The position numbers were made by a program, and so were the translations under genes. 64,000 bases of DNA from positions 10,912,001 to 10,976,000 of the forward strand of contig NC_043022.1 in the NCBI RefSeq assembly GCF_006345805.1. The letters are read 5' to 3'. Below the pieces are notes generated by a model. The model was not told where the DNA came from. It made no database searches and worked only from the letters and a program-made list of their open reading frames with translations. Shown piece after piece: positions 1 through 11,765 of this stretch (positions are counted from its first letter, which is position 1; every line of letters starts with the position of its first letter). The stretch comes from Octopus sinensis. Lineage: Eukaryota.

Positions 1-157
1 GCAGGCATTTTTGGACAGTTTATATTCCCTAACTTTCAAAGAAGACCAGCGTTAGTTTCCTTATATCTTCCTGTTTACTTTATTAAAAAGAGAGAACAAC
101 AACAACTGATAAAAATAAAACACAAAAAAAAATTTTTTTTTAATTGAAAGTTGTTAC

Positions 158-317
158 CAATGAAAGGTTTTAAAGGTTGGTGTGGAAAATTCTGTCGAAG
201 GGGTCTGTATATGGTATTAAGCGGTTGAATGTTCCATTCAGCATCTTTGGAATATTGATCAGATATACTTGCCAGTTCAATGGTGAAGTCAATACTAATT
301 GGTGAGAGATTCTGGAT
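158..317 (-). CDS. CFAP74: CFAP74 coding exon 14 (IQNLSPISIDFTIELASISDQYSKD...QPLKPFI)
   Basis: ttgtag| acceptor, |gtaaca donor. 160 nt, phase 0 to 1. Resembles recalled LQNNSLLPIKFSMHLDS. Gene continues left of the window. Confidence 0.85.
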
Positions 318-519
318 CTACAAAATATAAACACAATGTCACATTCTTCATATCTGAACACATATAATTCTAGTCTACTCTCATCTTTGTCAACATAGCA
401 AGCCATTGATTTTAACTTAGGATCTGTCTTTCATCTGATATAGCCAGCATTGATGTATCTAATATTAATTCCCAAGTTTATTATTTATTACATCAAACAG
501 GAGGATTTGAAATATAGAA

Positions 520-1056
520 GACACTTCTCCAAGGCACCATGCAGAGGCACTGAACCCAGAACCATGTGGTTGGGAAGCAAGCTTCTTACCACACAGTCAT
601 GCCTGTGCATACATGGGCACCATTCAAGCGTGATCATTACCAGCATTGCCTTACTGGCACTTGTGCCCGTGCTAGTAGGGTGCCAAGAGCACCATCCGAG
701 TGTGATCGTTGCCAGAGCAGCCAACTGGCTTCCATGCCAGTGGCACGTAAAAGGGCACCATTCGAGTGTGATCATTACCAAAGTCGCCTTACTGGCACCT
801 GTGCTGGTGGCATGTGTAAAAGGATTCGAGCGAGGTTGTTGCCAGTACCGCCTGACTGGCCCCCATGCCGGTGGCATGTAAAAAGCACCCACTACACTCT
901 CGGAGTGGTTGGTGTTAGGAAGGGCATCCAGCTGTAGAAACTCTGCCAAATCAAGATTGGAGCCTGGTGCAGCCATCTGGTTCGCCAGCCCTCAGTCAAA
1001 CTCGTCCAACCCATGCTAGCATGGAAAGCGGACGTTAAACGATGATGATGATGATA
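520..1056. mobile_element. SINE composite: tRNA-like head fragment (minus, 520-607) joined to an RTE-tailed SINE body (plus) ending in (GAT)n
   Basis: Head aaccatgtggttgggaagcaagcttcttaccacacag. Body gagtggttggtgttaggaagggcatccagctgtagaaa..catgctagcatggaaagcggacgttaaac(gat)n, with internal ~60-70-bp subrepeats. Confidence 0.75.
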
Positions 1057-2056
1057 TATAATTCTTTCAACATATTTTCAGTAATTTTAATAATAGCCTC
1101 AATGGAGAAGCAAGCCAGTATTTTCTCATAGACAGTTGTGTGTAGCCCTAGTGTGTTCACTTCTTGTTGTAAAGATATAAATAACAGATAAACATTAGAT
1201 AAAAACTCTCAAGATAGAAGAGGTAACAAATATATTACTCATTTTCAAAGATGTTCTCCCTTAAGACTGCACATTCATCACCATCTCTATGGAATTACAC
1301 CACCTCAAGAATTAAATATATCAGTAAATATACAATTTCAAAAAGAAATGACATATTTCAAAGTTGTCTATAAATTACAACAATATACTTTTTAAAATAA
1401 TCCCGGAATTTCCATGGGTATTTGCTAGTAATAATTAGAGTTTTCTATTATAATTTCATTTGTATCTAAGATATATTATAAGAATATTATGTCAACTCTG
1501 GAATTTAACTGGCACTTTATTTCATTAATCCCAGAACAATGAAAAGTAAAGCTAACTTTGCAGAATTTGAACTCTAAATGCAAAGGACTATAAACTAAAT
1601 ATTACCTGACATATTGATGCTGTAATAATTTGGCTACACATTTACCAAGTCCGAATTCCAGTTTTATGATATATATAGTCAATCTTGGTAAAATATGAGC
1701 CTGCAGCCAAGCTTTACAAAATTATATTTTCATACTCTATTCACTCTAACTGTTGTGATCATATTTACTACCTTTGAGACAAGAGAAATAGCAACAACAT
1801 TGATAACAATAATAATGATTTCTAATATCAGCTTAAGGCCAGAAGACTTTGGGAGAGAGTAAAGTGACCCCAGTACGGTACTGGTACTTTTTTTTTATTG
1901 ACTGCAAGTTAAGCCCCACCAGGATTTGAAGTAAGAATGTAAAGGAACATAACTAAATACTGCAATGTATTTAATCTTGTGCCTTACCAGTGACAATGAT
2001 AGTGACAAGATAATGAATATGATAATGGCGATGAAGATAATGACAATGATAGTGAC

Positions 2057-3010
2057 ATCATCATCATCGTTTAATGTCTGCTTTCTATGCTGGTATGGGT
2101 TGGATGGTTTGACAGGGGCTGGCCAGGCAGAAGACTGCACCAGGCTATTGTGTCTGTTTTGGCAGGGTTTTTACAACTGGATGCCCTTCCTAACACCAAC
2201 CACTCTGCAGAGTGGACAGTGCTTTGGATGTGGCATCAGCACAGGGGAGGTCAGTTTTGGCATGCACATCCAATGGAGCATACTGCCTTCATTTCTCTCC
2301 AGTCTATGCAAGTCTTTTGCATTCAGAGCCCATGTCTCACTACCATGAAGTATAGCCATTCAGCATTCATACACAAGCATCATACAATCTACCTTTCACT
2401 CTGAGAGACAGTTCTTTTGTTGCCAACAGAGGTAATAACTCTCTGAACTTCCTCCATCCTATTCTTATTCTAGAAACAATACTTTCAAAGCATCCTCCAC
2501 CATTGCTAATTTGGTCACCTAGGTAACAGAAACTATCTACAACCTCAAGAGTCTCCTGGGCATTTGAGAGAGTCTAATTCTTGTGTGCCCTTAATGCTTA
2601 TTGTTCCTGCACATCTGCCACATACAAAGATAATTTTATCTGTTAATCTATCTGTGATTCCATTGCACCTCTTATGCGTTCAGAGCTTACACTGGGTGCA
2701 GTGAATGGAATTACTTCCAACTCCTTTCCTACATACTGAACAGAGCCATTTACCTGACGGAAAGAGAGTCTTATCTACTTCCTGGCTAACAACAGCTTTG
2801 GTCTTTGCTAAGTTAACTTTAAGGCCCTTTGATTCTAGGTTTTGCTTCCATGCCTGGAATTGCTTCTCCAATTCTACTACAGATTCTGCAATAAGAGCCA
2901 GGTCATCAGCATATAGTAGTTCCCACAGACATCCAGTTTTGAATTCCTCTCTTATGGCCTGGAGGACAATGATGAATAAGAGTGGACTGAGAACTTAACC
3001 CTGGTGAACC
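2057..3010 (-). mobile_element. RTE-clade LINE 3' fragment with (GAT)n tail
   Basis: Minus strand gives LSPLLFIIVL..ELLYADDLAL, GLKVNLAKTK, CSVCRKGVGSNSIHC and LHGSETWAL. Confidence 0.85.
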
Positions 3011-3136
3011 CCAACTTGTATGCTAAATTCTGTATTCACATATTCATGACACTGATAATGATAAAGATGATGAGGCTAATTTATCTGGCATCACAGAAAC
3101 ATCTTCAAGGTTTTCACAGTAGAGAAAATAAATTAC

Positions 3137-3292
3137 CGTAAATGTTTTGTTGTAGAATTCTCCAGGAGTAATGCAACCCATATCAAAGATGCTGCCCTCA
3201 AACGAGAACTTCAGATTTGGAACAATTCCAACTCCAGTTACCTTGACATACACACATGATACTGCTGACTTGATTTGGAGGACTTCATAAAA
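3137..3292 (-). CDS. CFAP74: CFAP74 coding exon 13 (FYEVLQIKSAVSCVYVKVTGVGIVPNLKFSFEGSIFDMGCITPGEFYNKTFT)
   Basis: tttcag| acceptor, |gtaatt donor. 156 nt, phase 0 to 0. Resembles recalled LTLMGTGVAS..IEGSVLNMGYV. Confidence 0.9.
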
Positions 3293-4422
3293 CTGAAAAA
3301 GATAAAGATAGTATGGTAGATATTGTCAGTGTGAGAAAAAGAAAAGGCTTAACATTTTGGGCTTAGACTTTATCAGAAAAAAAAAATTCTCTTCATGTCA
3401 TTGATAAAAAAGATGAACCTTAAATGTCAAACTTATTCATTTTCTCATGGTAACTACATTTATTTTAATTATCACATTTTCTCTTGGATTATTTGTTGAC
3501 AATATAAACTCTTCTCAGTTTTCTCATTGTCTGGATTTTATATATTTTCACTATGTAAAATAGGGTCATTAGAGAATCATGGATGCAGTGCAATGCAAGT
3601 GATGAGATATTAACCCAGTAATCATAGTCTGTCATCTTAATGAACCAACTAGCTTAAAGTTGGAATGCCATTAGTTAGTGTTTTGAAACATTTACCTTTA
3701 TTTTTTGTAGTGTACCAAATAATAAGTTTATTTACGCTGAGTTCATCTCTCTTTAAGCTATTGAGAATTTCAGGGAATTGCATTCAAATAGTTTGACTGG
3801 GCCTCACACTTGTGTTGCAAATTCAGCTTGCCAGAGGTACTACCACTACTCCATGGTACTCACCATAAATTTAATGTAATCTGCTAACATGTTTGATCAA
3901 ACTTCAGCAAAGTGGGTGTAGGCATGGTTGTATGGTTAAGAAGTTTGCTTTGCAACTACATAAGTTTAGGTTCAGTTCCATTATGAGTCACTTTGGCAAA
4001 CATCTACCATAGCCTTAGACTAACAAACATCTTTTACCAAAGCCTTATGAGTGGACTTTGATCAGCAGAAAATATGTAAGCCCAACAGAAGGACCATCCT
4101 TGTTCATGATGAGTGCTAGATTTAATCTGTAACTTGGTTAAACACTACAGCTTAACCTCTGTGTGCGTTTAATAGAGCCCAGTCTGTTGCAAGCATTGGA
4201 GTGAGGTTTCTGGTCTGCCAATACCTTCCTTCCTTTGACCAGTCTTGGAATCCCAGCCCTTTCTCCTCTCACAAAGCCATATAGTGAAAAGAAAAAAAAC
4301 AAAAAACGCTAAGCAGTAATATTAATATTATCTGATGTGCAGCATAGAAAGACAAGTTAAATTCATTCTAACTTTATTGTTACTTCAACAACTAACTTGC
4401 CATAATGAAACATATATCATAC

Positions 4423-4542
4423 CTCTTCACCAATGGAAGGAGAAAAGGAAACAACTAATGAATGTATATCATTTGGTTGTAGAGTTGGGAAGGAATTTTT
4501 GATTAGAAAGGGTCCATTTGTGTTGAAAACTGATGTGGAGAG
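4423..4542 (-). CDS. CFAP74: CFAP74 coding exon 12 (LSTSVFNTNGPFLIKNSFPTLQPNDIHSLVVSFSPSIGEE)
   Basis: TCCTTAAT branch motif + gatag| acceptor, |gtatga donor. 120 nt, phase 0 to 0. Resembles recalled SLLNPNGPFVLLN..LVLSFSP. Confidence 0.9.
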
Positions 4543-4854
4543 CTATCAAACAGATTAAGGACAATAAGATAATTAATACTGAGTCACTGAAAGCAAAATA
4601 AAATTAAAGTGTTCCACACATTTTTAACACAACCATGTTAAATGATTTGGCCAACTGAAATAGAAGTTGATATCTTTTATTTAAAAGGACTTCTTCATGG
4701 TCCCTGACTGGAAAGAAATTTCTACCCTAAAATGTTTAACTAAAATTAATGAAAGGCTTGTGAAGAACAATCAAATAATATTGACAAGTATAATGCATAA
4801 CGGAATCCAAAGACCTCATGCTAATAATAATAATAACGTCATCAATGACAACTA

Positions 4855-5068
4855 ATTATTTCTTCTACAGGCACAAGGCCTGAAACTTTTGTGGGAAGTG
4901 GTCAGTCAATTTCATTGACCCCATTGCTTGACTAGTACTTATTTCATCAACCCGAAAAGGAGGAAAGACAAAGGCAATCCTAGCATAATTTGAAACCAAA
5001 GGAAAATGGATAAATGCTGCTAAGCATTTTGTCCAGTGTGCTAACAATTCTGCCAGCTAGCTGCCTTC
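4855..5068 (-). mobile_element. tRNA-derived SINE copy inside the U12 intron
   Basis: Similar to 10705-10938 (gctaagcattt..ttctgccagct end). Confidence 0.7.
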
Positions 5069-5334
5069 CTTTATAATAATAATAACAATAATAATAATTG
5101 TTATTTGCCAGAGGGCAACGGATGAGGACATTACAAGGATGGGTTATAAAAGATGCGTAAAGATAGCATAGACTCGTAACACTTCTCTTTGCTATGACAG
5201 CAGATAGTGCAGGGTGTTCAGGCTAAATTTGGCAGTCTGCATAAAAGGAAAAGAAAACAATATCCCAACCAAAAATAGAAGTATTTAAAAATATTTTTTA
5301 AAATATCAACTAGATTATGAACAGGAGGTAACAG

Positions 5335-5660
5335 TTCATTCCAAATAGCCACCCTCAGCTTCCACCACAGCCTCAAGACGGCTCCAGAACTTGGCACATA
5401 CATTCCTCATTGTGTCCCTAAGAAGATCTTCAAACATCTTGATATTGACCACCAGCTTGACCTTGATGTTTTAGGCAGAAAGGTTGGTGTCTGTTCGCCA
5501 CACATAATGAACCATTCAGGGGAATTAGGTGGCCAGAAAATGGGGCTGGTGAAGTCATTGAACTACTTCTGGGTCTTTCTGGAGCTATGGCAAGGTGCTG
5601 GATCCTGCTGCCACAAATATGGCTTTCAAGAAGCAACCCTCTCCAGTAACTGCAGATAGC
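5335..5660 (-). mobile_element. Tc1/mariner transposase C-terminal relic (inside the U12 intron)
   Basis: Decayed PYLWQQDPAPCH..FWPPNSP motifs across frameshifts. Confidence 0.7.
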
Positions 5661-6150
5661 CATCTGAATTAAGCCAAAGGCCATTTTCATCAGTTGTTGG
5701 GTGCAGAATCCCTGCTGTGTCCCTTACTGCTAACCATGGTTTCATGGTCTCTGCTGCAGCTGCCCAGGTCACATCTTGCAGCTTTTACAGAATTCACAGA
5801 GCACTGGCCAGCAGTCAGGATGTTGGTGTGAATCATCATGATACAAGCAAACCTTTTCCAAATCTTATATGGCTTCCAGTTCTCCATGTCAGCTAACTTT
5901 TTCAACAACTTCAATCTTTATCCTCTCCAATGCCAATAACTGTTCAGCAATACATCAAGCTGTTCCTGAAAAAAAGACACATGAAAAATCATCAAATTTA
6001 GCCCGAGTACCCTGTATGCATTCCCAACACACTACTCTACCATAGCACACAGCATGGATGCACAATACACTACTGAAATCACCAATATACATTATGGACT
6101 CCATCACCAGCTTAGTGATGTAGAAGGAGAATTACTGCCTTAAAGGATAC

Positions 6151-6316
6151 TTTGATGGTGTCATCTGATATGTTCTGAATGGTCAGAGATTTCATTCTGG
6201 AATGTCCAACACAGATGTTCCCAAAGTTCATTTCACTTTTCCCATTATCTGACAATACAATGATGGATGGACCGATCGTTGTACAGTACACCTCTAGGTA
6301 GAGTGTCTCTGATACA
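6151..6316 (-). CDS. CFAP74: CFAP74 coding exon 11 (VSETLYLEVYCTTIGPSIIVLSDNGKSEMNFGNICVGHSRMKSLTIQNISDDTIK)
   Basis: ttgcag| acceptor, |GTATCCTTT (U12-type) donor. 166 nt, phase 2 to 0. Resembles recalled TLYLELWCPTVAPSVVV..FNFGDVAVGHRSIKKISIQN. Confidence 0.93.
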
Positions 6317-6448
6317 CTGCAAATAGAGAAACCATGCAATAAGAGTTTGTGCTTCAATACACATTTGAGAATCTTGTGGCTGTTTATAAATATTTCAGCA
6401 TTAATTACTTTTGAGAATAGCTGATAAAAAAATACACACACACACAAC

Positions 6449-6509
<61 letters not shown>

Positions 6510-6521
6510 TATATATATATA

Positions 6522-7391
6522 CTGGATCATCCCATAAATAATGCAGTATTTTTATACTTCTTTTATTTTTCAAAATTAAGATCGACAAAGTTCTTTTTTA
6601 ATCTAAAATATACTCTCCCTCATTTTCTACAATGCTCTTCCATCTATCTGGTAGACTTGCAAGGCCCCTCTTTCAAAATTCACTTGTCTGTGATGAAAAA
6701 TACTCCTTCAGAACTGTTCTGACGTCATCTACAGAATTCATATTTTTTCCATCCAAATGATTTTGAAGATTGCGGAATAACTGATAATCATATGGGGCAA
6801 TTCCTGGCAAATATGGTGGGTGGGACATTGTTTCCCATTCAAACTGCTCCAGCCTTTGGGATGTCATCCTCACTGTATGTGGCCAAGCATTATCCTGATG
6901 GAAGGACACCTTTCATCTTGAAACCAAAGATGGTTGTTTTTCTTCTAGCACAGGCATCAATGAATGGTTGAATGACCAAATCCAAGCTTCTCTGCTAGTT
7001 CCTTAACAGTCACGATGGGATTTTGTTCCACCAGGGTTTGTAGGACGTCCTCATCGAGCTCTACAGATCTTCCAGGATGAGGCTCGTCTTCTTGGTTGTA
7101 GTTTCCATCTCAAAATTTCTGGAACCATTGTTGACCCTGGCTTACACTTGTTGTCCGATCCCCATATACTGCATTAATATTCTTTGCACTTTCCATTGCG
7201 TTGTTACCTTTATTGAACTCATAAAGCAAAATATACTGAATATGCTCTTTTGTCACTTCCATTATAGCTTTGAAAAAATAACTGTTAAAATCGAACTGCA
7301 CTCTTCAAAACTTGCACTAAGAATAAGGATAAGGTATATTACCTGGTTTATCCCATCTCCCTCCAACTGCATTATCTATGGGATGGCCCAA
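6522..7391 (-). mobile_element. Internally deleted mariner element with both TIRs, TA-flanked
   Basis: Left TIR ctggatcatcccataaataatgcagt; right TIR (reverse complement) ttgggccatcccatagataatgcagt. N-terminal HTH piece (ILLYEFNKG..YGD) and C-terminal HQDNAWPH..HPPY..APYDYQLF. Confidence 0.9.
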
Positions 7392-7542
7392 TACATACAC
7401 ATATGTTCATTCAAAGCTGAGATTTCACACTATTGCAACTCAGAGGCCTTTCCTATATATGTTCTTCAAAATATTGGCATATACCTTTATGTGTGTGTGC
7501 GAGTAAAAATACATGGAAACACACTCACACAGAGGGATATTC

Positions 7543-7588
7543 TTCCATTGATGAAGGTCTAACAAGAGTAGAAACTAGTCAGATTGAA
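7543..7588 (+). ncRNA. Degenerate hammerhead-like relic
   Basis: TTGATGA (C3 replaced by T) aggtct aaca agagta GAAA CTAG TC. Palindromic ACTAGT stem III and GUC are retained, but stems I and II are eroded. Confidence 0.35.
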
Positions 7589-8033
7589 TCCTATTTCAGC
7601 CCATTGAAACATAAAAAACTGACTGATAGCCACTTTTTATACTCTTCAGACTATGGCTAAATTGTGTGCTTATTAAAAATCCATAACATTTCAAAGAATC
7701 TAAAAAAAATGTCTGTGTAGAACACTATATTCTAATTAATCCACAATATCACTGTGTGCAGTCTTATGCAAATTAGACAGACTAGTTTAGCTTTGTTTGA
7801 GATTGTATACGCTATAAATAGCTATATAATTACTTGGTGCACAGATGGGTATTTTTACCCCAGTGAAGGTTGAACAAGATTGAGTCATTTTATTGCCTGG
7901 GGTAAAATAAAATATGCAGCCTAACCCACTTGTCTATTTTTCACAGTGAGACAATATATATACATATATCATCATCATTGTTTAACTTGATGATGATGAT
8001 GATATATAATTTATATATATATACATGTGTGTG

Positions 8034-8071
<38 letters not shown>

Positions 8072-8609
8072 CGCGCACACACACATGCATACATGATTAT
8101 ATGTGTGTGTGTCACATTAAACACCCACCCACTCATGATGTGAAGTTGTCAGTATGTTCCATAACAGTGTCCTCAGAATTCCTCAGCAGACATCATCTCT
8201 GTGACAGACACTCACCCATCAGTGTGGTGTTGACTTACAGATGCTACTCAAATATAAAACCTACCACCCACTGAAAACAACAACAACAACGACATCACCA
8301 TCTTCATGAAACAACAATTCCATTGGCCTACTTCACCAATAACAGCCATTAAAGCTATAAACTATGCATAATTTGTCCATATGTTAGATAGTTAGTTGTT
8401 CTGCTTTCAGATTCCTATATAAATATGTGTGTGTGTAATATATACATATCCATACATGTATTTACAAGTAGGACCGTACATTTACACATACACACACACA
8501 CATATATATATTACAGGCACACACAAAGGTTGTGTGCCCCAAATTTCATTTCCTTTAGATTTAACACATTATAAACAATGAAGGGAGCCAGACCAAGCTT
8601 TGAGCAAAG

Positions 8610-9000
8610 GAAATTCGTCTTAAAAGTACTGCTGGGACTTTGGAAAAACAGTCAAAATGCAAAGACAGTTCAGGAGGGAGTTTCAAACAGATCTAACAAT
8701 GTACTTCCCATCACTCAAATTAGAGAATAAGTTTGAAGCGGATGAAACTGTTCAGAATGTCCACAAGAACATTTTCAAAAGGCTATGGTGGACATGGATG
8801 AGCCCACAAAGCAAAAAAGGGCACTAGGAAGATATTGTGAGAGTTCAAGAAAATATGTGTGGCAAACAAGTTGTGAGAAAGCAGTTTCAAAATCAAGTGT
8901 CCATTGCATTTTGAAGAGCTGTTATTGGAAAAGTCACCTTCCAAAAATAGTCCATGCTTTCAATGAAGATGATTTGAGGTTTTGGATGCATAATGTGTAT
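8610..9000 (+). mobile_element. Decayed Tc1/mariner-like N-terminal HTH fragment
   Basis: Fragments resembling KFVLK...QRQFRREF...KFEADETVQNVHK, with many stops and frameshifts. Confidence 0.5.
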
Positions 9001-9409
9001 GCACACAATTGGGTCTCTTGCCCAGTTTGTCCCTGCTAAGCCTTTCCTACCCACTCATCTTCCTATCACTCATCCTCATTATTACTCTCCCTACTATTAC
9101 AATATTCTTCTACAGCTGTAATTAATCTGTATTGCTCATCATCACCTCCTCCCCACTTCTATTAACATCCATCCCTCATGTTTATCGCTCTAATCCTTAC
9201 CACCAATCATCCCTCCACCCTTGTCTTTTACTGGTTTCATTCATTTGACTAAAATCATGCTGGGCACCACCTTGAAGTGTTTTTGTCAAATGAATCAATC
9301 CCATTATTTTATTTTAAAGCCTGATATTTATTCTGTCAGTTTATTTTGTCAAACTGCTAAGTTATGAGGATGGAAGCAAACCAACACTGGTTACACAAAT
9401 GCAATATAT

Positions 9410-9560
9410 ATGTGACAGGCTTCATTTCAGTTTCTGCCAACCAAATCCACTCACAAGGCTTTGGTAAGCCTGGAGCTATAGTAGAAGACACTTGCCCAAG
9501 GTACCATGCAGTGGGACCGAACCAGAAACCATGTGGTTGGCAAGCAAGCTCTTGCCACAC
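9410..9560 (-). mobile_element. tRNA-derived SINE head (family also at ~3915-4085 +, 9700-9785, 19873-19995, 22655-22725, 54960-55095)
   Basis: Recurrent gtagaagacacttgcccaaggt..cagtgggac(t/c)gaacc..aaaccatg motif. Confidence 0.75.
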
Positions 9561-10704
9561 AGTCAGACTTATGTTGGAATCAACATGAGACAGTATATAA
9601 CAATGCTGGCCTTCACTTACAAGCATAGTTCTTCTGAGAGAGAGAGAGAGACTCCTACAATTTCTGTTTATTAAGACTTGAATGGAACTAAGTCTATAGT
9701 CAAAGACATTTCCTCGTGATACCATGCTGTGGGATTGAATCCAAAACCTCATGACTGCAAAGCTTCTCAACCACTTGGCCACACAATCACACACAAAGGA
9801 ATGACACATAAATATCATGCTATCTAAGTAAGGTGGTGTGAAAATTGTTTTGTTGCTTCTGAAATGGTTTCCCTCCATGCTGACTTCAACACCATGATGC
9901 CCCACCCTAATTAAATATTTAGATAACAGTATTTCACCACACAATGTTTTGTTAGTTATCTCAACTTCAAAGCTCTTCCAGAAGTTCAGTGAGATGTGGT
10001 GAAAGAAGAAATGGAGAATAAACAAAGAAAAGTAAACAAAAATATTGAGGCCGAAAAAGATTGAACTTTCTGCTACACACACAACCCAAATCTCTCTTTC
10101 TCTCTCTCATATATATATGTGTGTATGTATGTATGTATGAATAAATTCCTGGCTCTAAGCATTTTGATATGTATAACTAATGTCCTATTTTAGTTTGCTA
10201 AACAAATTTAAGTATCAGATGTTTAATATACTGAAAGTCAGGCTGAAATAATATTATTCATCTCAATAATTTCTTACACAATGCTTATTTCTTGCAATGA
10301 CATTGATTTTTATCACTGAACATTAATTGTATCATTTTCATCTTATAAATTGATTTTCTATTGTTTTGCTGTCTATTTTCATGATTTGAGGTTTTTACGC
10401 AAAATTATTTACAGTGAATGGAGAAGTTTCTTGATTCTTTCTAAAACTCTCTGGTTCTACTCAATATTGTATACATTTTAAACTATACTGAGCCTGACTG
10501 CCAGTCTGTGGTTAGTCACTGATAATAGCAGATGCATAATTTAGGTTTTTTGGCAAAATTCACAGGCTTTAACTGTGATAACTTAATGCCTTGCTATAAC
10601 CATTTCATTATGTACATATGCAAAATGGTCTATTTTTGTATACAAAATATTTAATATATATATATATATATATAAATGAATACAAACAGCTAGGCACAAT
10701 ATAA

Positions 10705-10938
10705 TACCGATTTCTTTACCACCCACAAAGGGCTAAACACAGAGAGGACAAACAAGGACAGATAGAGGGATTAAGTCGATTAGATCGACCCCAGTGTGTA
10801 ACTGGTACTTAATTTATCGACCCCAAAAGGATGAAAGGCAAAGTCAACTCGGCGGAATTTGAACTCACAACATAACGGTAGCCGAAATACTGCTAAGCAT
10901 TTCGCCTGATGTGTTAACGATTCTGCCAGCTCACCGCC
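10705..10938 (-). mobile_element. tRNA-derived SINE, well-preserved copy (family also at ~1810-1990, 4855-5068, 38190-38330, 41090-41300)
   Basis: Head TGGCGGTGAGCTGGCAGAATCG and B-box GAGTTCAAATTCC. Conserved body gtcgataaattaagtaccag recurs in decayed form at the listed positions. Confidence 0.8.
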
Positions 10939-10954
10939 AATATAATACCATAAT

Positions 10955-11765
10955 GGAAAAATTTAATCATTACTAATTGTAACTGAGGGTACTGAAGCAT
11001 CTATATTGTAAGAAATAAGACTTAAAAACTTTTAATGCCATAAGAAGTGCACAATATAAATACACTAACAGGGGAGATAACTGCCCCATTAGTGTCTGGG
11101 ATCACTTGACTAGACTAATTGTGCCTATCAGTTGTAGGCTCATTAGTGACTGCTCAAATACTCTATGATTTGGCTAAATCCAGCTGTCGGCATATGTATT
11201 TTAACCATAATAATTTATGGCTGATTTAGCAAATTGCTAATGCATATATTAAAAATTAATATAAACAGTTAGGTGCAACATAATACCTATGACTTATAGG
11301 CAAAACTAATCTAGTGAACCTGGAGACACTCATGGGGTGGTTATTTCCCCAGTCAGTGTATATTGTATTGCACGCTTCTTACAGTATTAAGAGTTTTTAA
11401 CTCTTATTTCTTACAGTATAGGTGCTTCATAACCCTCAGTCACAATTAGTGATGATAAAAGTTTAATATATGCATTAACATTTTGCTGAATCAGCCATAA
11501 GTTATTATGGTAAAAATATATATGCTGATGGCCAGATTTGGCCAAACCATTGAGCAGTCACTACTGATGAGCCTATGACTGATAGGTGAAAATAGTCTAG
11601 TCTAGTTTAGTGATCCTAGAGATGCTCATGGGGTGGTTACCTTACTTGTCAGTGAATATATATAGATTGCACGATTCTTACAACATTAGGAGTTTTTAAC
11701 TCTTATTTATTGCAATATAGGCGTTCTGGCATCCTTAGTTACAATTAGTGACAATAAAAATTTTC
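10955..11765. mobile_element. Hammerhead-bearing ~305-bp unit arranged as inverted copy + partial copy + full copy (Penelope pLTR/retrozyme-like)
   Basis: 10955-11258 is the reverse complement of 11461-11765. 11283-11460 repeats the last ~180 bp of the same unit. Each copy contains a whole or partial hammerhead. Confidence 0.7.
11558..11613 (+). ncRNA. Type-I hammerhead ribozyme candidate
   Basis: Stem I TCACTA/TAGTGA. Core CTGATGA (11564-11570). Stem II GCCTAT/ATAGGT. GAAA at 11588-11591. Stem III (TAG/CTA plus A-U) has one A.G mismatch. Cleavage triplet GUU, ending 11607. Confidence 0.7.

Larger units (their letters stand above)
4543..6150 (-). other. U12-type (minor spliceosome) GT-AG intron of CFAP74, 1,608 nt
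   Basis: 5' splice site GTATCCTTT (6150-6142). Branch motif TCCTTAAT (4561-4554) with its last A at position -13. No polypyrimidine tract. Flanking exons join in frame. Confidence 0.88.

Noticed and set aside
450-976. Three overlapping 123-162-aa ORFs
   Set aside because: They span SINE subrepeats; similar peptides (LDALPNTNHS) recur wherever the SINE occurs.
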